Origin: Octopus sinensis
Lineage: Eukaryota
Direction: 5' to 3'
NCBI RefSeq assembly: GCF_006345805.1
Contig: NC_042998.1
Location: 55,366,001-55,430,000, forward strand
DNA length: 64,000 nucleotides
Made by a program: the position numbers and the translations under genes
Part shown: positions 12,364-22,279 of the stretch, piece by piece
Numbering within the stretch: the first letter of the stretch is position 1
How the letters are laid out: each line of letters opens with the position of its first letter
Notes under the pieces: model-generated
Told to the model about the DNA's origin: nothing
Databases searched by the model: none
The model's input: the letters and a program-made list of their open reading frames with translations, nothing else

Positions 12364-12991
12364 TGGTTTTGAAAATATACTAAGATCTCTTTGTTTTCTA
12401 CATAAGTTATCTAAGAGAAAATAACATATTAGAAAACAATACTAACTTATATTTAGCATCAATACTAACTTATATTTGTATAAATTGCTCACATTACGCT
12501 GCAATGTTGTGAAAATTAGATAACGCACGTAGTATAGATTTTAGCAACAGTTCCTGTTGGCGTTAGTGTAGCTTTTGTTGTTTGGTTCCCGCAAGCCGAT
12601 CTGCCTTGCTTGAGTAGATCTATGATCAAAGACGTTCTAACTGTGATCATCTGATCATCACATTTTTCTTATTCAAACAACAAATCAGGACTATATTGAC
12701 TGTTTATACAGGATGACATATGAGGGTGATTTGGCTGCTAATTCTAGCATCTTGGCTCACTGTGATTGTCGGCTTTATTTAACCAGCCTCCGATTGCTTC
12801 TGATCAGAAAGACCTATGATGAAAGGCTTTCTATTTTAGTATTTCAGTGACTACATTGAACGATGTTTCTCCCTTCCTTTTGAAAACGTTGTAGTGTAAT
12901 TTTAAAGAGATTTTGATTCAAGCAGAGTTCACCAACTGATTCAAAGATGTTGGCTGCTTGTTTTGGTGGGATTGGTCAAGTTATGTAGACA

Positions 12992-13032
12992 CCTCTGATG
13001 AGACATTAATACGGGTCGAAAATCGATTAAGG
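12992..13032 (+). ncRNA. Minimal type I hammerhead motif
   Basis: CCT-CTGATGA-GAC(attaatacgg)GTC-GAA-AATCGATT-A-AGG: 3-bp stem I, G-C closed stem II, palindromic stem III, UUA triplet. Confidence 0.5.
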
Positions 13033-13597
13033 CAGTTCACTTTCGCTTTCAATCTATGGAGAAATTTGACATGTCAGGATGTCTACTATATACGTTAACA
13101 TATACATAATGTACTTAATTGTCTGCCTTCCTTGTCACAAAATTGTTGTTAACCTTCATAACTTCATTTGCTGCTAGAAAACGATATCGCCTCTAAAGAG
13201 AAACAATTGAGATGAGTCAAATGAGGAAGCCTCTACATTGCCACTCAGCCTACCAAAAGTAGCAGCCAAATGTTAATCCTAACCCAGGTGTCTTTAAAAC
13301 AGAAAGAACCTATTGTATAATGGGGTCCTAGGTGCACCACCACCAAGCAAATAAAGAGTTAACTTAGAGCTAAGCAACAATAGCAAGAACACAAACAACA
13401 GCAACAGTAAACATAGTAGAATATGGTGTATGGAGAGTTGAGAGAAAAAAAAGTCAGTTAACATCAACAAAAAAAAGAAGAAATAAAAGAAAAATGGAAG
13501 AGCAGTAAAAAAAAAACATTGTTTACTAACAGAGAGTGTTTAGTAAACTGAATACTGCAACAACAAAAGTAAACTAACTATAGGCGCAGGAGTGGCT

Positions 13598-13925
13598 GTG
13601 AACTGCCTTGATCGATTTTCGACCCTTATTAATGTCTCATCAGAGGTGTCTACATAATTTGACCAATCCCACCGAAACAAGCAGCCAACAACTTTGAATC
13701 AGTTGGTGAACTCTGCTTGAGTCAAAATATCTTTTAAAATACACTCAAACGTCTTCAAAAGGAAGGGAGAGACATTGTTCAATGTAGTCACTGAAATACT
13801 AAAATAGAAAGTCTTTCATCATAGGTCTTTCTGATCAGAGGCAATCGGAGGCTGGTTAAACAAAGCCGACAATCATAGTGAGCCAAGATGCTAGAATTAG
13901 CAGCCAAATCACCCTCATATATCAT
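13598..13925 (-). repeat. Inverted local duplication of 12713-13040
   Basis: 328-bp arms about 94% identical by eye; flanked by a 38-bp direct repeat (13563-13600, 13943-13980). Confidence 0.9.
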
Positions 13926-13962
13926 ATATATACATATATATGACAAAAGTAAACTAACTATA

Positions 13963-14100
13963 GGCACAGGAGTGGCTGTGTGGTAAGTAATTTGCTTACC
14001 AACCACATGGCTTCGGGTTCAGTTCACTGCGTGCCACCTTGGATAAGCGTCTTCTACTATAGCCTTGGCTTTGGTAGACGGAAACTGAAAGAAGCCCATC
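13963..14100 (+). mobile_element. SINE family A, 5' half (head duplicated at 13583-13600)
   Basis: ggcacaggagtggctgtgtggtaag...gggttcagttcac...gaaactgaaagaagccc. Confidence 0.8.
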
Positions 14101-14845
14101 ATATATATGTATACCGCAACAACAGTAGTAAAATCTCGCTGTCATTCTATCGATTCTGGTAATCTATGAAAGCAAGTAGGATGAATAAATATAATAATGA
14201 CCATTTCACGCTTGATTTACATGTAATTTATGATGTATGCAGCTATTCTGGTACAGTATAGGTTTAGGTTGTCTTCAAGTCGTTTCACGATCCAGAAAGT
14301 TCCAGCTAGGACCATTCTTTCGTTTTCTCTGTCGCTGCGTGTCTAAGAGTACCTTAAATAATGTGACTCGCTTTTTATGAAGGTAGAGCTCTTACGCAGA
14401 AGAGGATCAAGCTTGCGCTTTCGAGGGATAGAGACAGAGTAAAAATGAGATATAACGTGTGTATATGTATATGAAAATAGGAGAGGGCGGAAGAGGGAGA
14501 GGAGAGTGAATTTCGTGCGTGAGCGTATACAAATGTATATAGAAAGCCTTTTTCATTTTTCAAAGTAAATATTTATTCCAAGAGAAGAACGAAAAATGTT
14601 TGCTATTTTAATAGACCCGACTATGTCAAGATGTTTCGTTTCCTATTTGTTTAATCTTTCACTTGTTATTGTACTTCCCTCTCGGTAAAGTATTTTGCTT
14701 TAGAGAAAAATATTTTAACTTATTCACACACACTTGCACACACATGCTCATGTGCACAAACGCACAAAATTAAACATATATACACACACTTATACACACA
14801 CATACACACACATACACACATCAACACACACAGACACACACTTAT

Positions 14846-14888
<43 letters not shown>

Positions 14889-14905
14889 TAGATAGATAGA
14901 TAGAT

Positions 14906-15110
14906 GTGTACCGTTGGCGATTTTTTTCCTCTGTCTTCCCTTCTCTGGATCTTTCCTTCTCCTATGTTTCCGACGAAGAGCTCCGCTCGAAACGTTAAAC
15001 CCTCCTTCTTTCCTTCTTTCCTGAGCGTCCAATAATACGATATTTGTTTCACGTCCTCGCGTTGTTGTGTTTTTTGTGCTTTCTTGTTTGGATTAACTTT
15101 ACATACATAC
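14906..15110 (+). mobile_element. Penelope pseudo-LTR-like fragment with a non-canonical hammerhead-like motif at 14966-15000
   Basis: GTTT-CCGACGA-A-GAGC(tcc)GCTC-GAAACGT-T-AAAC; second copy at 62858-63050; microsatellite flanks. Penelope assignment is inferred. Confidence 0.55.
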
Positions 15111-15219
15111 ATACACATACATACATACATACATACATACATACATACATACATACATACATACAAAGACAGACAGACAGACAGACAGACAGAACAGATA
15201 GATAGATATATAGATAGAC

Positions 15220-15294
<75 letters not shown>

Positions 15295-15301
15295 GACAGA
15301 A

Positions 15302-15690
15302 GAGCGGTGAGCTGGCAGAAACGTTAGCACGCCGGGCGAAATGCGTAGCCGTATTTTGTCTGCCGTTACGTTCTGAGTTCAAATTCCGCCGAGGTCGACT
15401 TTGCCTTTCATCTTTTCGGAGTCGACGCACTGGGGTCGATGTAAACGACTTAATCCGTTTGTCTGTCCTTGTTTGTCGTCTCTGTGTTTAGCCCTTTGTG
15501 AGTAGTAAAAGTATTTCTTCTGCCGTTACGTTATGAGTTCAAATTCTGCCGAGGTCGACTTTGCCTTTCATCCTTTCGGGGTCGATAAATTAAGTACCAG
15601 TTTCTCACTGGGGTCGATGTAATCGACTTAATCCCTTTGTCTGTCCTTGTTTGTCCCCTCTATGTTTAGCCCCTTGTGGGCAATAAAAAA
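15302..15690 (+). mobile_element. SINE family B, partially tandem
   Basis: gagctggcagaaacgttagc (A box), gagttcaaattcc (B box), then gaggtcgactttgcctttcatc...; body repeated from about 15505. Confidence 0.85.
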
Positions 15691-15731
15691 AATAAGATAC
15701 AGACATAGAAAACAGGCAGATAGATAGATAC

Positions 15732-15818
<87 letters not shown>

Positions 15819-16231
15819 TCTTCGAGGTACTTCAAAATGTTCTAACTTGATATCTTTAGTAGAACATTCTGGATGTACTTTCACTTACAAGGAAAGGCAG
15901 GAGTTTTCATTGTACATACCATACGCTCGCTTTGTACTTTTTGTACGAATCGGCTCTTAATATCCAACACATCGTGGCCGAGAGCTTTTTAGTATAAATC
16001 TCTACGTGAGTCTGTCTCTTTCTACAATGAGTAATCGTAGAAACATTTAGATGTTACCACGAGTAATATAACCACGAGCTAAATATATACATATTATTTC
16101 GAAGAGGTCCCTCCTTTCATATAGGTGTTAGTCTTAGACATTAGCAACTAATTTCGAATTAGTTGTTCAGCAAGCTCAATGAATAGTGCTGTGCTCAGGC
16201 GAGTTATCAGTGAGGTACGTATACAGTTATT

Positions 16232-16262
<31 letters not shown>

Positions 16263-18489
16263 CCTCTCTCTCTCCCTCTCTCTCTCCCTCTCTCTCTTTC
16301 TCTCTCTCTCGCTCTCACGCTCTCTCACACACACATGCATGCTACACACTCGCATATTCACACACACATACACATACATGCACATGTTCCTATATGTATA
16401 TGTGTATGTCTGTGTGTGTGTGTATGTAGTGTAGTGTAGTGTAATATGTGTGTGTATGTAAATATAACACACACACGCACATACACACATCATCAAGTAT
16501 TAGATATGCCAGAGAGGTAAAAAGTGCTTTTGAAATAAGTTAGCAGAAACGGTTTAACAAGAAGCATTCGAAACCGTAGCGTATATTTCGCTGACTTGGG
16601 ATTCTCAAGTCCACCCAACAAGGGCAGGCTGTATATATTATCGTAAATAATAAATAAGATATTTCAGGAAAATTAAATCATTTAAAAATCAAATCTCTCT
16701 TCGCTAAGGGGAAATGAGAGATTATTTCATTACATTACAAGCTCATCAATATTCAGAGCAATTTTGTTATAGATATAGATTTAAATGCCAGACCGGAAAA
16801 CTTATTAAGTCACCGCCATTTTTCCTAGCTACCCAATTCAAACTCGCCATTTTTTTCTCTATCTTCCTCTCTCTAATTCTCTCTTTCGCTCTGTCTTTCA
16901 ACCTGTCTAGCAATTATCTCTTTGTTTACCTTCCAATACTCTCTCTCTCTTTCTTTCACAGTCCCTCACATTTTCTTCCTTAACGTCTTAAATTCGAATT
17001 TTTCTTGTTTTCTCGTTTCTCAACATCCCTCTTCTGTAACTTTAGTCTCTCGCCTCCAAATACATTTCCCCCTATTCATTTATTTCTTGAGGGGAAAAGG
17101 AGAGATAGATAGTATAGATAAAAAGGTAGACAGATAGATAGATAGATAGATATATAGATAGATAGATAGATAGATAGAGAGAGAGCGAGAGAAAGAAAGA
17201 ATGTGCTCTAGAAATCCCTCTCGTTGTTTTCCCCCTTCTTTCTCCCTCACCGTCTTATATATGAACAAAGCTATTTACTACAAGTACCAAATGATTTTGT
17301 TCATACACTTACACACACATACAAACCCACATACAAGCATACAAACATACATACATACATATACGTAAGCGCTTACATTCATTGAGATACACATAAATAT
17401 GTGCATTTATATACGTTCTAGGACAAGTTCATCTAATGGCATTTCGATGACACCGTCCCCTAGTGAAAAAATCATGAATATTTGATGAGAACGAATAAGG
17501 TTATAAAATTGTATCTAGACTAAAGAGATTCTAAGCTATTACATGGAGTGGGCGTTCTATTAGCCGAAAAAATATACTCCCCGAAACTATATTTGTTCAT
17601 TTTGTAATGATTAAGTATATTACTTCTATCAGAAAGAAACCTTATTATTAGGAGCTGTACACAGTGAAGAGAGTAATTTAAATCTTTCAGGCGAATAAAG
17701 CAGGATTTAACGAATAAAAATAGCTGTTCAACCGACAGGCCATTTCGATTGCTTCGTAGTGTGTGTTAACCTTTAAACGAAGCCCTAGTCCTTGACTCAG
17801 TGATCAGCAATTTACCATACAGTGATCCTTGACATTTTCTTAACGAGATCTCAACGACGAAATCAAATTCAACTTTGAGATGGAATTGAACCACAATTCT
17901 CTACTAGAATTATTTGTTGTTTTATTTATTAAGACACTTCTGTCTTAATAAAGGATGAATATACAGAAGATAATGTATTCCTAGATTATGCTATGTTGGA
18001 TATTTTTGAAATTGACTGGCAGGTTGATCACGGCATAGAAATTTCATTTGTTAGAAAGCCTCCCTCTTTATACCCGCCACAGTGATGAATCACGTGAACC
18101 TTACAAGATGCCTCACAGGACACTGTCTATTAAATGATTATTGACCAAGAGCAAGAATAATTTGGAGTTAGTCATCTTTAAGTCAACATTAAATGCTTTG
18201 TTTTGACCTTAGATTCTTAAACGGACGTCTATTGAAAATAGCCAGTAGAAGCAGGAGACTATTGGTGGTTTGTATCGGCACGAATCTATTTGAAAGAAAT
18301 ATATTTTGAAGTGACGTGGCTTTTTAATTCAGGTCTTCCACCAATAAATCGGTATCCTATCTATTCCGTCAGATATAAACATTCCGTATGCAAATTTTTA
18401 ATGGTAGAAAACAAAACTAGTCTTGAAATGGATAATGAATGCAAATAAAGAAAGATGATTGTACCGAGCAAAAGCATATTAGTTTCAAA

Positions 18490-18693
18490 TTTTGCCACAA
18501 GACCTGCAATTTTGTGGAAGGAGGTAACTTGATCACATCGACCCCAGTGCTCAACTAGTACTTATTTTATCGACCCCGAAAGGATGAAAAGCAAAGTCGA
18601 CGTCGGCGGATTTTAAAGTCAGAACGTAAAAGCGGACGAAATACCACTAAGCATTTTGTCCGGTGTGTTAACGATTCTGCTAGCTCGCTACCT
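18490..18693 (-). mobile_element. SINE family B
   Basis: Reverse match (ccccgaaaggatgaaaagcaaagtcgac). Confidence 0.8.
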
Positions 18694-18996
18694 TATTAAG
18701 TAATTATTATATTACCAGCATATTTGGGAATATGAATGAACTCGCCGGGTATTTTCCTATCTATGACTAGCTACACCGAAGGATCGCTTGTATACTCCTC
18801 TCTTTTATCTTTTAACTTTCCAGATATATGGCGGTGCCCCAGCATGGCCACAGCTCATGAGCTGAAACTAGAATCAATCAATCAATCAATCATATCTTCC
18901 TATCTATGAACGACCACTATGGACTTTCGCTTTCTGGATTCCCTTGCTTTTTCTGCTTAAGTATAGTTATACTCACTTCAGTAAAATATATTTTAA

Positions 18997-19368
18997 GGCG
19001 TAGGAGTGGCTGTGTGGTAAGTAGGTTGCTTACGAACTACATGGTTCCGGGTTCAGTCCCACTGCGTGGTACCTTGGGCAAATGTCTTCTACTATAGCCT
19101 CAGGCCGACCAAACCTTGTGAGTGGATTTGGTAGACGGAAACTGAAAGTAGCCCGTCGTATATATGTATGTGTATATATATATATATATGTATGTGTGTG
19201 TATATGTTTGTGTGTCTGTGTTTGTCACCCCAACATCGCTTGACAACTGATGCTGGTGTGTTTACGTCACCGTAACGTAGCGGTTCGGCAAAAGTGACCG
19301 ATAGAATAAGTATTAGGCTTACAAAGAATAAATCCTGGGGTCGATTTGCTCGATCGACTAAAGGCGAT
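18997..19368 (+). mobile_element. SINE family A, near-complete (tRNA head, CORE-like segment, internal microsatellite, 3' body)
   Basis: A box tggctgtgtgg; B box gggttcagtccc; gtaccttgggcaaatgtc resembles the CORE-SINE motif gaccttgggcaagt; internal (TA)/(TG) tract. Confidence 0.85.
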
Positions 19369-19539
19369 GTCATTCACAACCGCCTGTCCGTCTTTGAACG
19401 TACAAGTGTGTGTGTGTGTTTGTATGTGAGTGTGTGTGGTTGGAAAGAAAGTTCTGTCACACATTTGACACAATTACATCGAGGGTACTTTTTCAATTCT
19501 TACAATAAAATAAACATTGCTTTTTTTTTACATACTGTA

Positions 19540-19702
19540 GGCGTAGGAGTGGCTGTGTGGTAAGTAGCTTGCTTACGAACCCCATAGTTCCGGGTTCAGT
19601 CCCACTGCGTGGCACCTTGGGCAAGTGTCTTCTACTATAGCCTTGGGCCGACCAAAGCCATGTGAGTGGATTTGGTAGACGAAACTGAAAGAAGCCCGTC
19701 GT
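19540..19702 (+). mobile_element. SINE family A, 5' half; its 3' half lies at 22067-22272
   Basis: Matches the 5' part of the 18997 copy up to gaagcccgtcgta. Confidence 0.85.
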
Positions 19703-19716
19703 ATTATAAGTGTATA

Positions 19717-19749
<33 letters not shown>

Positions 19750-19975
19750 ATATATATTTTAATCAATTTAGGGTAGCAAAAAATTCAGTAAAAATTTATC
19801 GCTACCAGCGGCCTAGTGGAAAAGAGAAAATAGTCAAAGACTAAATATATATAAATATAACAATTAGGAATGGCCTAAACAGCCATTCGTCCACCAGAAA
19901 GAGCAGCCAGAACTCCACCGCAAGTAGTGCAATTCGGAAATAAGGTGAAAATTTAAAAACGTTTACCCTACTTCA

Positions 19976-20076
19976 TCTTTTATACGATGCATCGTTTCAG
20001 TGTCTTTAATGATAGACCAGCTTAATTAAATTAAATTAAGCTAGTCTACCATAGGTCACACTTCATCAGTAAAAGA
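19976..20076 (-). ncRNA. Type I hammerhead ribozyme, array copy 1
   Basis: Reverse complement of the 21212-21312 fold; predicted cleavage between 19983 and 19982. Confidence 0.85.
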
Positions 20077-20448
20077 AACCTGGGAGAGACGGATATACAC
20101 GAGGCGACTGTATCAATGCCTCGGAAATATCTGTCTTAAAATTTTCAAGACCAACGCATTCGCGCCAAACTTATCGGCAGCAAATATAAACTGCCGATTC
20201 AATCTCAGAATTAGTCAGAAAATTATCAATTAATCAATTTAGGGTAGCAAAAAATTCAGTAAAAATTATCGCTACCAGCGGCCTAGTGGAAAAGAGAAAA
20301 TAGTCAAAGACTAAATATATATAAATATAACAATTTAGGAAGGCCTAAACAGGCCATTCGTCCACCAGAAAGAGCAGCCAGAACTCCAACCGCCAAGTAG
20401 TGCAATTCGGAAATAAGGTGAAAATTTAAAAACGTTTACCCTAATTCA

Positions 20449-20548
20449 TCTTTTATACGATGCATCGTTTCAGTGTCTTTAATGATAGACCAGCTTAATT
20501 AAATTAATTAAGCTAGTCTACCATAGGTCACACTTCATCAGTAAAAGA
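20449..20548 (-). ncRNA. Type I hammerhead ribozyme, array copy 2
   Basis: Same fold; cleavage nucleotide at 20456, 473 nt from copy 1. Confidence 0.85.
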
Positions 20549-21211
20549 AACCTGGGAGAGACGGATATACACGAGGCGACTGTATCAATGCCTCGGGAAT
20601 ATCTGTCTTAAAATTTTCAAGACCAACACATTCGCGCCAAACTTATCGGCAGCAAATATAAACTGCCGATTCAATCTCAGAATTAGTCAGAAAATTATCA
20701 ATTAATCAATTTAGGGTAGCAAAAAATTCAGTAAAAATTTATCGCTACCAGCGGCCTAGTGGAAAAGAGAAAATAGTCAAAGACTAAATATATATAAATA
20801 TAACAATTTAGGAATGGCCTCGATGCATCGTATAAAAGATGAAGTAGGGTAAACGTTTTTAAATTTTCACGTTATTTCCGAATTGCACTACTTGGCGGTT
20901 GGAGTTCTGGCTGCTCTTTCTGGTGGACGAATGGCCTGTTTAGGCCATTCCTAAATTGTTATATTTATATATATTTAGTCTTTGACTATTTTCTCTTTTC
21001 CACTAGGCCGCTGGTAGCGATAAATTTTTACTGAATTTTTTGCTACCCTAAATTGATTAATTGATAATTTCTGACTAATTCTGAGATTGAATCGGCAGTT
21101 TATATTGCTGCCGATAAGTTTGGCGCGAATGCGTTGGTCTTGAAAATTTTAAGACAGATATTCCCGAGGCATTGATACAGTCGCCTCGTGTATATCCGTC
21201 TCTCCCAGGTT

Positions 21212-21312
21212 TCTTTTACTGATGAAGTGTGACCTATGGTAGACTAGCTTAATTTAATTTAATTAAGCTGGTCTATCATTAAAGACACTGAAACGATGCA
21301 TCGTATAAAAGA
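21212..21312 (+). ncRNA. Type I hammerhead ribozyme, array copy 3
   Basis: Stem I TCTTTTA/TAAAAGA; CTGATGA 21219-21225; stem II AGTGT/ACACT capped by an 18-bp hairpin with two G.U pairs; GAAA; stem III ACGATGCATCGT (palindrome); GUA with cleavage after 21305. Confidence 0.88.
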
Positions 21313-21686
21313 TGAAGTAGGGTAAACGTTTTTAAATTTTCACCTTATTTCGAATTGCACTACTTGGCGGTTGGAGTTCTGGCTGCTCTTTCTGGTGGAC
21401 GAATGGCCTGTTTAGGCCATTCCTAAATTGTTATATTTATATAATTTAGTCTTTGACTATTTTCTCTTTTCCACTAGGCCGCTGTGTAGCGATAAATTTT
21501 TACTGAATTTTTTGCTACCCTAAATTGATTAATTGATAATTTTCTGGACTAATTCTTGAGATTGAATCGGCAGTTTATATTTGCTGCCGATAAGTTTGGC
21601 GCGAATGCGTTGGTCTTGAAAATTTTAAGACAGATATTCCCGAGGCATTGATACAGTCGCCTCGTGTAATCCGTCTCTCCCAGGTT

Positions 21687-21785
21687 TCTTTTACTGATGA
21701 AGTGTGACCTATGGTAGACTAGCTTAATTTAATTAATTAAGGGGTCTATCATTAAAGACACTGAAACGATGCATCGTATAAAAGA
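21687..21785 (+). ncRNA. Type I hammerhead ribozyme, array copy 4
   Basis: Same core and stems; cleavage after 21778, 473 nt from copy 3. Confidence 0.85.
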
Positions 21786-21914
21786 TGAAGTAGGGTAAAC
21801 GTTTTTAATTTTCACTTTATTCCGAATTGCACTACTTGGCGGTTGGAGTTCTGCGTGCTTTTCTGGTCTGGCTGATTTGGTGACGAATGGCCTGTTTAGG
21901 CCTTCCTAAATTGT

Positions 21915-21965
<51 letters not shown>

Positions 21966-22066
21966 TATATGTAGTATGTATGTATGTATGTATGTATGTA
22001 TGTATGTATGTGTGTATGTATGTATATATGTATGTATGTATGTACGTATGTATGTATGTGTGTCTG

Positions 22067-22272
22067 TATATGTTTGTGTGTCTGTGTTTGTCCACCCATC
22101 ATCACTTGACAACGGATGCAGGTGTGTCTACGTCCCCATAACTTAGCGGTTCAGCAAAAGACTCTGACAGAATAAGTACTAGGCTTACAAAGTATAAGTT
22201 CAGGGGTCGATTTGCCCGACTAAAGGCGGTGCTCCAGCATGGACACAGCCACATGACTGAAACAAGTAAAAG
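22067..22272 (+). mobile_element. SINE family A, 3' half (partner of 19540-19702)
   Basis: tatatgtttgtgtgtctgtgtttgtc...gactgaaacaagtaaaag, as in the intact copy at 18997-19368. Confidence 0.85.
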
Positions 22273-22279
22273 GGTGTTT

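Larger units (their letters stand above)
19761..21918. repeat. Tandem plus inverted array of a ~473-bp hammerhead-containing non-coding unit (retrozyme or Penelope pseudo-LTR type)
   Basis: Unit start aatcaatttagggtagc at 19761, 20232 and 20704; orientation switch at 20820/20821; reverse copies run to about 21918; (TA)n on both flanks. Confidence 0.92.

Noticed and set aside
17420-18420. Coding-like unique sequence, possibly an old LINE endonuclease (HGVGVLL)
   Set aside because: A single short motif with many stops; cannot be supported without a search.
19761-20232. GIY-YIG or RT coding remnant inside the 473-bp monomer
   Set aside because: Only short frames (for example NRQFIFAADKFGANALVLKILRQIFPRH*) with no recognisable motif; a link to Penelope rests on architecture only.
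19761-21918. CRISPR array interpretation
   Set aside because: Units are ~473-bp whole-copy repeats with no unique spacers, and the context is eukaryotic.
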